Shown piece after piece: positions 1-9,451 of a stretch of 64,000 bases of DNA. Location: positions 67,496 through 131,495 of the IMG/VR virus record IMGVR_UViG_3300025536_000012; one strand, given 5' to 3'. A program made the position numbers and the translations under genes. Source of the stretch: a virus. Each line of letters begins with the position of its first letter. Position 1 is the first letter of the stretch. The notes under the pieces were generated by a model, which was not told where the DNA came from, searched no databases, and was given only the letters and a program-made list of their open reading frames with translations.

Positions 1-79
1 CAAAGAACGGGTCAGGAACCCTCTATTCTTTTCGTTCTCAGTAGCATCGGACGCATGCTCGTTCTACGCAGGTCGAGGT

Positions 80-361
80 TTAACCCTGTTCCTGCCACAT
101 CTGGTCCTCTTTGAGCTCCTTCTCGAACTCACGTTTCCGATCCATTTGGAGGTCGGAGACGAAACTGCTTTCAGAAGGAGCTTGAGGAAATGGTTGACCT
201 GGTTTCTGCTCTACGGTGATGAGGTAGAGACCCAGGGGGTCGGCGTCTTTGATAGACGTCATAGTCTTCACAACTGCATCTGTGATGTTCTTCTTGAGCT
301 CATCGTCGGAAAGATTGGAGAGGAGAGAGACTTGAAAACTGACTTGAATGTTTCTCTTCAC
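80..361 (-). CDS. hypothetical protein
   Basis: 93-aa ORF, ordinary composition, same strand as neighbouring genes. Confidence 0.35.
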   Translation of the reverse strand: MKRNIQVSFQVSLLSNLSDDELKKNITDAVVKTMTSIKDADPLGLYLITVEQKPGQPFPQAPSESSFVSDLQMDRKREFEKELKEDQMWQEQG

Positions 362-623
362 AGTTGCTTATCCCGCAAAGAAAAACGCCCAAGCACGAAT
401 GCCTGGGCTCTGTTCTTTGTATCCAGATAGAGTCCGTGCCTTACTCACTACACCAGTTCGTAAGACCTACCCTCTCATCTCGACTTCGATGGAACCTTAG
501 CCAGACCGTATTGTATTTCGTTCCGTATGATCCAAAGATGAACGTTCTAACGCTACATCGGTGCCATCTATCGTCATACACAAGTCACTCACGACACGCG
601 TTACTTCGACGATATCTATCGGA

Positions 624-890
624 TTACACTACAACGCTCTTGGCCGGATCGAACTTGCGCACCTGCTTTTGAGCATTGATACGCCAGTGCTCGAGATGTT
701 CTGGTGTTCCCCATTTCGAGACGTCGCCCTCCAGAAGAGTAACTAGCGTATCGACACCAGCCTTGAATTCGTATTTGAAGATGGACCACTGGGTATCTGG
801 GAACTGTCGAACCTTCTCGCGAAGGGTGGCTAGGGAGCCAGAACCTTGACGATGTCCTGCCTGGGTGAACGCTACGTAGAGTTTCGGCAT
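624..890 (-). CDS. hypothetical protein
   Basis: 88-aa ORF; overlapping 616..1020 frame is Arg-rich and judged spurious. Confidence 0.35.
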   Translation of the reverse strand: MPKLYVAFTQAGHRQGSGSLATLREKVRQFPDTQWSIFKYEFKAGVDTLVTLLEGDVSKWGTPEHLEHWRINAQKQVRKFDPAKSVVV

Positions 891-1136
891 ATCGTGGTCT
901 CTCCTTGCTTAGAAAGTGGCGCTGTCTTGCGCCGTAGAAAGAGATCCTAATCCATCTCTGGGAAAAAAGAAACGCCAGGTGTGTTCCTAGCTCTATTTTT
1001 TCAAGCCGTCGTCTAGTCAAATGTCACTAGATACGGACCCTCATTTATCCGGCCTGTCTTTCTCTCCCACAGTACTATCGGAGCATCAACTTGTGCTCCC
1101 GCAACAATAGCTTCCGCCGTACCGCTACATCTCAGA

Positions 1137-1703
1137 TCAGGTGAAGAAGATTTCCTGTGGCCACCAATGGGGCCAGTTCTTCAAGCTCTCTTCGAGAACG
1201 TAGTGCTGACGCAGGACGCTCCTCGCAGGAGCTCCATGAACTCCCCGCTTCGCGCAGTCTCGGACATCGTGGAGCAAGGTGATGATCTTTAGGTCATGCC
1301 CGTATGCCTGAGCAGTGGCCACGTACGGAGCCACCTCTTGAATCGAGCAGTTGGTGTTGTCGACGATGAGAAGACCGGGTTTGGGCCCGAGAGGGAGGCC
1401 GTCTCTCACAGCTTCTGTGAACTTCTGTAGGCACTGGTTGTGGGCATGCGACAAGTACTTCACGTTGAAGTTGTAGACGCCTTCAGCATTCGTGAAGAAG
1501 TAGTCCGCGGAGAAAGCTTGCTTCGGCAGATCCTTCGTCTCCATCCGTAACCTCAGGATGTACTGCGCCCACTCGCAGTCCTTCTGGATCGATTCCGGGT
1601 GCTCATCCCAGACCAATGATTTGCCGAGGAGAACATCAGCGAGTGTGCTCTTTCCAGAACCAGTCACGCCTCGAAAAATGATGACCATTGTGTTTCCTTT
1701 CAA
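1137..1703 (-). CDS. P-loop kinase (polynucleotide kinase / AAA_33-like)
   Basis: Walker A 'FRGVTGSGKST' near N-terminus and 'LLIVDNTN' Walker B-like segment. Confidence 0.6.
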   Translation of the reverse strand: MKGNTMVIIFRGVTGSGKSTLADVLLGKSLVWDEHPESIQKDCEWAQYILRLRMETKDLPKQAFSADYFFTNAEGVYNFNVKYLSHAHNQCLQKFTEAVRDGLPLGPKPGLLIVDNTNCSIQEVAPYVATAQAYGHDLKIITLLHDVRDCAKRGVHGAPARSVLRQHYVLEESLKNWPHWWPQEIFFT

Positions 1704-2041
1704 ACGATGTCGAAATTGCGCTTTGGACGATCAGTGCATTCACCGTCCTCCTTGAAGTAGAAGAACGGAAGACTGTCCCACTCCTCCATAGTCAGCTCGA
1801 TGACTTTGGTGTCTTCGTCGTTCATTGCGTACGCACTCATCATGAAGGGCTCGTGACCTCGTTTCATGAATGCGGCAGGACACAGGTAACGAACATCTGT
1901 GTCGGGATCGGTCCAGACCTTCATTCTTAAACGCATGGTGGTGCCTTTTTTGCTGACTGAAGTGTTTTGGTTTGCATCGGTCCAGAAACAAAGTACTGCC
2001 GACCCAGCTTCAGTACACCGCAACGAATGCACCATTTCCAC
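1700..2041 (-). CDS. hypothetical protein
   Basis: 113-aa ORF with 4-nt overlap to downstream gene (operon-like). Confidence 0.4.
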   Translation of the reverse strand: MEMVHSLRCTEAGSAVLCFWTDANQNTSVSKKGTTMRLRMKVWTDPDTDVRYLCPAAFMKRGHEPFMMSAYAMNDEDTKVIELTMEEWDSLPFFYFKEDGECTDRPKRNFDIV

Positions 2042-2281
2042 GTTTCGAGGAACTGGGGAGATAGAGCGTCAGGATTATCTTCCGGTGCTATTGCGGCAAA
2101 ACTGTGCTTCATGTTCATCAAGGACTTATCACGCAAAAAACGGAGGCTGTCCTCCTCTATTCGGTCCAGCACATCTGCCGGCGCACGCCTCGTCTATGAA
2201 TACCGTCTGAGAACAAACCGGCATGCAATCCCACGTTCTCAACTACCTGCTCGTTTTGGGCGTGACGAGCTGCGAACCGAC

Positions 2282-2740
2282 TTACCTTCCTTCGTGATCT
2301 TCTGCCTCCGAGCTCTGGCACATAATGCTCGGCTTGTTCATCCGTTCCGTCTCCGCCAGGCCGTCGCTGAGCTTCTTGAGTCGCTCCGACCAAATCCTCT
2401 TAGCATGTGGCAGGAGCTCGGGATGGATATCGACCTTCTGGTCGCGTTGAGCGAGTTGGTACTTCTCCATCAACTCATCCTCGGTGACGAACCAGAGAGG
2501 TCGCAGATCTTTGTACGTCGATACGGACACTCCTACGACGGAGCTCTTGACTTTCTCCGAATCGGTTTCGTTGCATGCGCTGCTTTGGCTAAATCCACGT
2601 AGGGCTTCGTTCAAGGCATAGTCCAAATCACCTGACTCCGATCTGTATGTACGGCGCTGTCCATTGATGTGATCCTCGAAGCGGATCGCCGCAACCTTGC
2701 CACACGCGCTGATCTTGAGAACATGACCTGTTGCAAACAT
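2282..2740 (-). CDS. hypothetical protein
   Basis: 152-aa ORF. Confidence 0.45.
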   Translation of the reverse strand: MFATGHVLKISACGKVAAIRFEDHINGQRRTYRSESGDLDYALNEALRGFSQSSACNETDSEKVKSSVVGVSVSTYKDLRPLWFVTEDELMEKYQLAQRDQKVDIHPELLPHAKRIWSERLKKLSDGLAETERMNKPSIMCQSSEAEDHEGR

Positions 2741-2870
2741 GAAAATCCTCCAGTTTCGGGTTCAGCTTCTTATCCCTGTTTCTGAAGGCAAAACAACGGC
2801 GAGACGCGTACGCTCGGTACGCACGTATGTCGGTCTCCTAAATAAGTTCTTTACTCAATTCTTATCTCTC

Positions 2871-3422
2871 TTAGATCACGCTCGTGTCGACGAACCATGT
2901 AATCAGGAATGAGACCGGAGTGTTTCCCTTCCACACACGACCGATGACCATTGGATCTCCACGCTTGATACGACGACGTGGGATGATACCGATATCGTCG
3001 AATGCCAGAAGCTTCATTGCCTGAGACGTCTTCTCGAGGATCTGCGGCTTGGCGAACTTGAATGGGAAATCAACATCGTCGAAGGCAACCGCCATCGACA
3101 TTCTGTTTTCCTGCATGGATCCGTCAGCAAGCTTTTTACGATCGGTCCATTCATTGTTGCGACTGTCCGCATTGACGTATCGACCTTCACCAAGGGGAGG
3201 GCTATCCGTCCTCTGTTGATCCGGCTTGTCAACGCTGCTGGACCATCCTTTGGTGAGATTTTTCTTGGGTTTCGTCTTCGTAGTTCGGATGGCGAAGATG
3301 TCAAGCTCTGGGTAGTTCGGGACGATTACGTATCCAGCTTCCAGCAAGGCGATGACTTTGGTGTGAAGCTGACTTCCTTCTCCGTCTTCTTCACTTGTCC
3401 TTGCCAAGGTCCAATCTTCCAC
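2871..3422 (-). CDS. hypothetical protein
   Basis: 183-aa ORF; overlaps next ORF by about 97 nt. Confidence 0.45.
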   Translation of the reverse strand: MEDWTLARTSEEDGEGSQLHTKVIALLEAGYVIVPNYPELDIFAIRTTKTKPKKNLTKGWSSSVDKPDQQRTDSPPLGEGRYVNADSRNNEWTDRKKLADGSMQENRMSMAVAFDDVDFPFKFAKPQILEKTSQAMKLLAFDDIGIIPRRRIKRGDPMVIGRVWKGNTPVSFLITWFVDTSVI

Positions 3423-3649
3423 TTCCTATCTTTTGCGATCGTCAGGTTCTCCTTCGCTTCTTTGAGTTGAGTCGCCAACCCGGTCTTCTTGGCCGTGAAG
3501 TGTTCGATGAGGCTTGATTGTGCGGCCTGCATCTGTTGCGGGTTGCTGGCAACCACAACAATGTCTTCGGGGATATTGCTCGGTGTTTCCGCTTGGTCCG
3601 GAAGAACGACTAATGAAGTTTCTTCTTTGACGATTTCGGTCTCACTCAT
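3326..3649 (-). CDS. hypothetical protein
   Basis: 107-aa ORF; 3' end overlaps 2871..3422 in another frame (possible frameshift or alternative start). Confidence 0.4.
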   Translation of the reverse strand: MSETEIVKEETSLVVLPDQAETPSNIPEDIVVVASNPQQMQAAQSSLIEHFTAKKTGLATQLKEAKENLTIAKDRKWKIGPWQGQVKKTEKEVSFTPKSSPCWKLDT

Positions 3650-3823
3650 ATGACTCCTTGCAAAAAAGGGGATGGTTCTCCCCGCTATTCTTGATTTCGT
3701 TCCGACGTGCCTAGCGTCTCTGCGATCGACCTAGGTCATAACACTCCATCCAATGTTCGGCCGGTACGCATCGACTTCAATATATGCTTCGCCACAGCGT
3801 ATCGACAACGAGACCCGCGATCC

Positions 3824-4045
3824 TTACTTTCGACGGTTCTGAGAATTGGTAGTAGTGAAGGCGGCAGTCTCGGAAGCTAGTTTTGGAACATGCTTCTTTG
3901 CCGGTTTACGTGCCTTATTCGCCAACCAGATTTTGGCTGCGTCGTGTCCAACTCCGGCATCTTTATCGGCAGCGAGACGCTCCGCTGCGACCTTGGTGGA
4001 CTCGCCTTCTTTGCGACGCTGATTGATGGTTTTCTTCAGGCTCAT
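3824..4045 (-). CDS. small basic protein (possible DNA-binding)
   Basis: 73 aa, Lys/Arg/Ala-rich; ATGA overlap with upstream gene. Confidence 0.4.
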   Translation of the reverse strand: MSLKKTINQRRKEGESTKVAAERLAADKDAGVGHDAAKIWLANKARKPAKKHVPKLASETAAFTTTNSQNRRK

Positions 4046-4374
4046 TTCTTTCTTGATTCCTTGAGTTTCGCCCAGAGGATGGACGTCTCTCTGATGTGGT
4101 GATCTTTTAGCTTCTGATACTCCTCCTTCAACTTCGGAAGGGATCGCATCACACGAAGCTGGGTCTTGGTCAGTTCCTGAAACTTTGGAATTCTCTGCTT
4201 GGCCGGATCGTTGGGTCCGTGCTCGCCACGCTTGTTGATGTCATCGTCGCGTGTGTGAAACAACAATCCACAGAAACAACAAACCAGGAGATCTTCCTCC
4301 TCGGTATCGTGGTTGTGGTAGCAGTGATTGTAATCCCCGCCATCATCCGGACGTTCGGGACATCTGTCGCTCAT
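4042..4374 (-). CDS. Cys/His-rich putative zinc-binding protein
   Basis: 'CYHNHD...CCFCGLLFH' cluster; ATGA overlap to neighbours. Confidence 0.45.
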   Translation of the reverse strand: MSDRCPERPDDGGDYNHCYHNHDTEEEDLLVCCFCGLLFHTRDDDINKRGEHGPNDPAKQRIPKFQELTKTQLRVMRSLPKLKEEYQKLKDHHIRETSILWAKLKESRKK

Positions 4375-4916
4375 TTGTCCGGTACGTCTAGGTAACGCTT
4401 GGGACTGCCGAGGATCCGGAGGATCCAGTTGAGATCCGTCTTCTCCGATTCATCGACGTCGGAGAAATAGCGATGGTGCCAGACCAGTAGATGGATCATG
4501 GCAATCTCTAGTGCATCTTGGTAAGGCTGTGGCTCCGGCTCCTTGTCCAAGAACTTGGTGATCTCCTTGTAGAGAGGGTTCCCTTCCGTGAATGGTCGAG
4601 CTCGAACCAATAGAGCTCTCAATGCTTCGATGTTCTCGAGCTTCTTTCGCGTGACCGCTGATGTTTCATCGGAGTTAGCAACTTGGGCTTCTAGAGCCTT
4701 GTTGACCCTAATGAGGTGCAGGATGGGGGCATCCCAATCAGCTCTGAATTGTCCGGCGTCGGCGATCCCGACAAGGCGAGCGAAGTACAGATCTCGTTCC
4801 TGACAGTGCTGAACGAGGGCAAGCAGTTCATCGCGAGTATAGTCTTTGAGCGGTTTCACTTTGAGCTCCTGGTACGACTGATTGACATTGGTTTGCACCG
4901 CAAATCGAGGATTCAC
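4371..4916 (-). CDS. hypothetical protein
   Basis: 181-aa ORF. Confidence 0.5.
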   Translation of the reverse strand: MNPRFAVQTNVNQSYQELKVKPLKDYTRDELLALVQHCQERDLYFARLVGIADAGQFRADWDAPILHLIRVNKALEAQVANSDETSAVTRKKLENIEALRALLVRARPFTEGNPLYKEITKFLDKEPEPQPYQDALEIAMIHLLVWHHRYFSDVDESEKTDLNWILRILGSPKRYLDVPDK

Positions 4917-5118
4917 ATTGAGCGCACTGGTAGTGCAAACAACTCAGTCCATTCAGAATGAAAACGTGGAAGATATCTCCCCCACAAGGGCACTCCATCA
5001 AGAATCCTTGTTTGACTGTGCCCGATCCGTCCTCGATCTCTTGAGGCTTCAGTTCGAACATTTGATCTCCTAGGCAAAACAACGAGCTTGGGGGAGGATC
5101 CCTAAACTCGTTGCCCAC
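4828..5118 (-). CDS. Cys-rich hypothetical protein (doubtful)
   Basis: 96-aa ORF with many Cys (CPCGG, CAQCESSIC); 89-nt overlap with 4371..4916. Confidence 0.25.
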   Translation of the reverse strand: MGNEFRDPPPSSLFCLGDQMFELKPQEIEDGSGTVKQGFLMECPCGGDIFHVFILNGLSCLHYQCAQCESSICGANQCQSVVPGAQSETAQRLYSR

Positions 5119-5551
5119 CTTTGGTAGTCTGTCACTCCCCTAATCCTAGACAGCGAGGCGAAGGAGCCATCTAGGATCAAGTGACAGAAGGTGTCTTCCT
5201 ACGAGCAGGGGCTAGCTGAATCCAACTGCGAGCGTGTGAGCGTTGGTCAGGCTTGCCTAAGGAGCGAAGGCACCCCTCGGTCAAGGAAGGAGCTGCAAAC
5301 GAGAGGAGCGAGTCCTCTCAATTACCTGCTCAAGTAACTTATATCCGCCACGTGTGCTCTTTTGCACGGGCTCTTGCTGATCGCCAGTATCGACCACTGG
5401 ACCTTCAACGCGTATTTGTTGAGAACTACGGAATGAAGTACATAGTCAGCAAGGCTGTCATCAGAACAATTGCTTGGATGATTCGCTTGTAGATCTTCAC
5501 TATTTCTCTTGAGGGAAAGAAACGCTCGAGGGGACGAGCGTGTTGAAAGGT

Positions 5552-6172
5552 TTATGCACTGGCCATAAAACGCTGGTGGGCGCGTTCCACGATTCGATCT
5601 ATGGCTTGATGATACGGTTCTCTCATCGATGCAACGATCTCGATGTCTAGGTCCTCTTCGCTGTTGGAAAACGTGATCGTGAACTGCTGACGCAACCGGA
5701 GATATTCACCTTCAAGGTGAAAACTGCACCCAAGACTCTCCAGAGCGTCCATCTTTCGGAAAGTATCGATGCTTACAGGCATGGGCAGCCACTGAACCTC
5801 TCGGTTCGGAGGAGCGAAGAATTTGACGACCAGAAAGTTGGGAGCCTTCGCCCGAACTTCAGTCAGGTCACAAACTCCTGTTCCTCTGATCCCTTCGGCT
5901 TTCAATAGCTCTTGAAGTTCCACTTCTCGCATGATGTGGCATTCGGTTCCCCAGACGATGTTGCCATCGTCAAGTTGAATCTTGGGAACCATCTGCTTGT
6001 GCAAGCGAGCAAGAACGGACACAGGACCCACCGCTTCCTTTCCGACGATGTCATCACACTGGTAAACACCAAACCCAAAGATGATAATGTGATCATCTTC
6101 TCCAGTGTGAGAGACAGCTACAATGCGTTCCCCAGGGGTTAATGGTTTGGATAGAACATCCTGTCCACTCAT
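5552..6172 (-). CDS. hypothetical protein
   Basis: 206-aa ORF. Confidence 0.5.
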   Translation of the reverse strand: MSGQDVLSKPLTPGERIVAVSHTGEDDHIIIFGFGVYQCDDIVGKEAVGPVSVLARLHKQMVPKIQLDDGNIVWGTECHIMREVELQELLKAEGIRGTGVCDLTEVRAKAPNFLVVKFFAPPNREVQWLPMPVSIDTFRKMDALESLGCSFHLEGEYLRLRQQFTITFSNSEEDLDIEIVASMREPYHQAIDRIVERAHQRFMASA

Positions 6173-6177
6173 AATTC

Positions 6178-6564
6178 TTATCCCTTCGAAGAGGTCTTCG
6201 GTTTCGCCAACATGAAGTAGTTGGATGCAATCTCGTGGATCGACGTATCGTCGACACGGGTAAATCCCATCCGAAGAAGTCCTTCGCCCAATTGTGGATG
6301 AGCGTTCTCAACGTAGAGGTGGAGTTCCGGATGATACCAACGCAGAAATTCAATGAATCCTTTGAAGATTCCTTTCCCTCTCTGATCGGGCTCGACCTCA
6401 ACAGTAGCGATATCGAGAACTCCACGGTAGGTCACCTTCTCGATATGACGTTGTCCGTATCGTAAGTAGAGTCCATTGAATCCAGGATGAACGATCCAGC
6501 TTCTATAATTCGGACGAAATGGCTTCCGTGCCTCGGCTAAGAATTCGTTGAAGGTCAAGTTCAT
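6178..6564 (-). CDS. GNAT-family N-acetyltransferase
   Basis: motif 'QRGKGIFKGFIEF' resembles the GNAT acetyl-CoA-binding Q/RxxGxG/A loop. Confidence 0.5.
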   Translation of the reverse strand: MNLTFNEFLAEARKPFRPNYRSWIVHPGFNGLYLRYGQRHIEKVTYRGVLDIATVEVEPDQRGKGIFKGFIEFLRWYHPELHLYVENAHPQLGEGLLRMGFTRVDDTSIHEIASNYFMLAKPKTSSKG

Positions 6565-6583
6565 TGATCACCGTTTACTTATC

Positions 6584-7294
6584 TCACAAGAGCGGATCCC
6601 CGTCGTAGTCAGCGGCAGGCACAACTAGGACGACAGGCGGAGGAGTAGCAGCCTGAGCAGGAAGCTCGTTGTACTCCCAGTGTCCGTTCACCATCTCTCG
6701 AGTCCAGCCGTCCATCTTCCCGGAATGGAAATACTCGTGGACGATTGCCTTCACATCCTCGTGTTCGATGCGGGCAACCGTCTTGCCATGGACGTGAACG
6801 GTCCCGCTTTCAGTGTGGTCAACATTGATCTTTCCGTCGTTGACCATTTCGCGGAGGTGTTTGGTGACGTCGTGAGCGGAGAATTTCTTCGCACTCAAAC
6901 CCATCAACTCTGAGATCGTTTGGAGGGTTGCGGTGACGAGGGTCGGTTTGTTTTGGGGTAGACACATAACAGTTACCTTTCCCGAGCTCTTGGCAGCTAC
7001 GGTCTGCGTTGTGGGCTTGGTTGTACGAGATGTGGTTGATTGGTTAGCGGTCGGTATAGCAGTCCAAAGTTTAGGACCATTCGGTTTGGTGGGGTCTTGC
7101 GGCTTACGCGTAACGAGACCCCTTTCGAAGAGCTTCCGCATCGCCCGGCTAATAGTTTCACCACAAGATCCAGGGATATCATGGACGAGCTCCTTGAAGG
7201 TCATCGGCCGAGCAATGGCTTTGAGGATTTCGTGTGCTTTCGAGATGTACGTCATAGTGACTCCGGTTTGTCCCATCCGATCGGAAGCTCGCAA
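6584..7294 (-). CDS. winged-helix DNA-binding protein
   Basis: N-terminal wHTH-like segment (FKELVHDIPGSCGETISRAMRKLFERGLVTRK) followed by a Thr/Pro-rich linker. Confidence 0.4.
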   Translation of the reverse strand: MRASDRMGQTGVTMTYISKAHEILKAIARPMTFKELVHDIPGSCGETISRAMRKLFERGLVTRKPQDPTKPNGPKLWTAIPTANQSTTSRTTKPTTQTVAAKSSGKVTVMCLPQNKPTLVTATLQTISELMGLSAKKFSAHDVTKHLREMVNDGKINVDHTESGTVHVHGKTVARIEHEDVKAIVHEYFHSGKMDGWTREMVNGHWEYNELPAQAATPPPVVLVVPAADYDGDPLL

Positions 7295-7650
7295 TTATCT
7301 GGGGCATCCTTGAAGAGGGGAGCGATGTCTTTGTCGTCGTAGCCAGCAAGGCCACAGCCGATCCGTGTCACGAAGAATTGCAGATCGGGGTGACATCGAG
7401 CGTAGGCGATGAAGTTCAGGACAAAATGCTGGATGGAATCCAGTGGTAATGTCTCGAGATTCTCGTCCTTGGTGGGGATGGCGTAGCAAGAGTTCATTCG
7501 CCCAGCCGCCTTACCTCGAAGGGCTCCAAGATTATCCAAGGCAAACCGGGCTGCCCCCGCCCCATGAATGCCGGCCAGATTAGATCCAAAGACGAAGATC
7601 TTTATCGACGTGGGATCGAAGTCACGATCTCTTGGATGCTTATTCATCAT
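7252..7650 (-). CDS. Rossmann-like nucleotide-binding protein (possible SLOG/LOG-like)
   Basis: 'IFVFGSNLAGIHGAGAARFA' glycine-rich loop; family not resolved. Confidence 0.35.
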   Translation of the reverse strand: MMNKHPRDRDFDPTSIKIFVFGSNLAGIHGAGAARFALDNLGALRGKAAGRMNSCYAIPTKDENLETLPLDSIQHFVLNFIAYARCHPDLQFFVTRIGCGLAGYDDKDIAPLFKDAPDNCELPIGWDKPESL

Positions 7651-8009
7651 TCAACCTTTTCTTGAGGGCTTCGTTCAAAACCTTCTTTGCTCCTGCTGGA
7701 AGGGAAGTCACAACAAGCAGTCGATCCAGGAACCCAAGGGCGACTTCTTTGCCTTCCTTCTGTATCTCCCAGACGAAGCCTAGCTTCTTTCCGTTCTCCC
7801 ATTTCATGTCCCGATCGACGGTGAGAGCTCGAAGGGGGGGGGACATCCTCCTTGTCGTTGTCCCAATCGTACCTCGGCTTCCTCGTCTCGAGCCTGGTGA
7901 CGACGCCGTATTTCAGAATTGGACAACGTCCCCAAGAAGCAGCATAGGCGACGAAGCTACCTACCTTGATCTCGGTATCGTTCAAGTCGTAGTGCTTTAC
8001 AGCACTCAT
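7640..8009 (-). pseudogene. hypothetical gene split into two ORFs (7647..8009 and 7640..7846) at a G9 homopolymer
   Basis: both ORFs read through GGGGGGGGG at 7834..7842; a 1-nt length change would fuse them into one protein of about 135 aa. Confidence 0.35.
7834..7842. repeat. poly-G (G9) homopolymer tract
   Basis: nine consecutive G on the plus strand inside a coding region. Confidence 0.9.
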
Positions 8010-9451
8010 TAGTACCTACTCCCTGAGGTCTTGAACTCGATGAGGTACTGTAGGATGTGCTGATGGATACTGTAGACAATGAACTCGTTATGAACGAGCC
8101 AGCGTCCCTTCTTGCCCTGCACGGAGTCGTAACCAGACGGTGGTTTGGTCAGATGGGTCTGAGCATCCTCGTACTCTTTGATCGTTCCGAGGGCAACGTC
8201 GGTGACGAACATGAAGAATGTATCAGCCTTGCCACTTCCTCCACCATATCGACCAAACGAATACTGTTCTGACTTAGAGCTTTGATCTGCGAAGTAGAGA
8301 CCGTTGCCGAACATAGATCCCGTGATGTAGACACCTGGAGGTCTCATCAGAAGACCGTGCTTGCAGATACCGAGGATGTTCTGTGGACCAGATCCGTGGA
8401 ATAGCGGCTTGACGTTGCCAATCTCTTTCATCTTGGGCAGGTGCTTCTCCTTCTGGCCCTTGATTCTGACGCGCCAGATGTTCTGGATTGAAGCTTTCCA
8501 ATCGTGGTGACTCGAGCGTGTCGACGAGTGAAAGTCCTCGATGCGCTTGTAGGCGGGATCGTCCTTCGCCAGATAGACGTACTCGCACCCGATCTCGACA
8601 TACTTCTTCTCGACATCGGTGGACGCAAATCCCTTGACCATGCCTTGCACGTCTGAAAGTAGACCAAGAAGATCTTCCTTCTCATCGAGACGCTTCTCAT
8701 CATTGAGCACCATCGTGGCCAGCCATTCGTCGAGAGCTTTCTTGCCTTCCGATGGCTTTGGCCTGTGGGCAATGGTCTGGGGAATCGCCGAGTAGAACTC
8801 GTTTGACTTCTGAATGAGGTCAGCGTGAATCGTGCTCTTTAGTTTGGGCTTGTCGACAATCATCTGCTGGATCTCTTGCAGGATATTACGCCCGTGGTCG
8901 ATCTGGCTCAGGGTCAATGTACCTAGCGGGTTCTCGACAGAGGTGTTGAGAGTTCCAGAGAGCTGCTGACGAACGGCTTGTCCGGCCTCTGTATAAAGAC
9001 GGTCAACCAGCTTAGCCACCGTCTGATGGATATCGAGCTTGGTCTTCTTCTCGCCCTTATCCTCGGTCTCTCCTTTGACCTTGTCCTTCTTGACGTCGTC
9101 GGACAGGATCTGGGAGTTGGTGACTGCCGAACCAATCTTCGTCGCAGCCATCTTGATCTCGACGTAGCCTTTGCTTGCCTTGGTCTTCTCGGCCTTTAGG
9201 GATTCGAAGGCAGAAAGCAAAGACGCCTCGTCTTGATCAGGGACGCGTTCCTCCTGCATTCCTTCTTGTCCGACTCGGCCGTAACGTGAGTACAGACGGA
9301 ACTTCTTCTTGTCTTTCGAGACATGTGCCTCGATCTGATAGAACTTGTTGTTGCCTTCCTTGAGGTCGGTCTTGTTGAGGGTAGCGACACGAAGGACGTC
9401 ATAGTCCGAAGGGAACGTCATCGTGCCGAACTTCTGTGATCCGAGCTTCAT
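8009..9451 (-). CDS. poly(ADP-ribose) polymerase-like ADP-ribosyltransferase with WGR domain
   Basis: WGR signature 'FYQIEAH...FRLYSRYGRVG'. PARP catalytic motifs 'LFHGSGPQNILGICKHGL', 'GNGLYFADQSSKSEQY' and 'HNEFIVY' form the H-Y-E triad. Likely start is the Met of 'MKLGSQKF', giving an ATGA overlap with the upstream SLOG gene. Confidence 0.8.
   Translation of the reverse strand: MKLGSQKFGTMTFPSDYDVLRVATLNKTDLKEGNNKFYQIEAHVSKDKKKFRLYSRYGRVGQEGMQEERVPDQDEASLLSAFESLKAEKTKASKGYVEIKMAATKIGSAVTNSQILSDDVKKDKVKGETEDKGEKKTKLDIHQTVAKLVDRLYTEAGQAVRQQLSGTLNTSVENPLGTLTLSQIDHGRNILQEIQQMIVDKPKLKSTIHADLIQKSNEFYSAIPQTIAHRPKPSEGKKALDEWLATMVLNDEKRLDEKEDLLGLLSDVQGMVKGFASTDVEKKYVEIGCEYVYLAKDDPAYKRIEDFHSSTRSSHHDWKASIQNIWRVRIKGQKEKHLPKMKEIGNVKPLFHGSGPQNILGICKHGLLMRPPGVYITGSMFGNGLYFADQSSKSEQYSFGRYGGGSGKADTFFMFVTDVALGTIKEYEDAQTHLTKPPSGYDSVQGKKGRWLVHNEFIVYSIHQHILQYLIEFKTSGSRY

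Noticed and set aside
616-1020. 134-aa minus ORF overlapping 624..890
   Set aside because: Extremely Arg-rich alternative frame of the same region.
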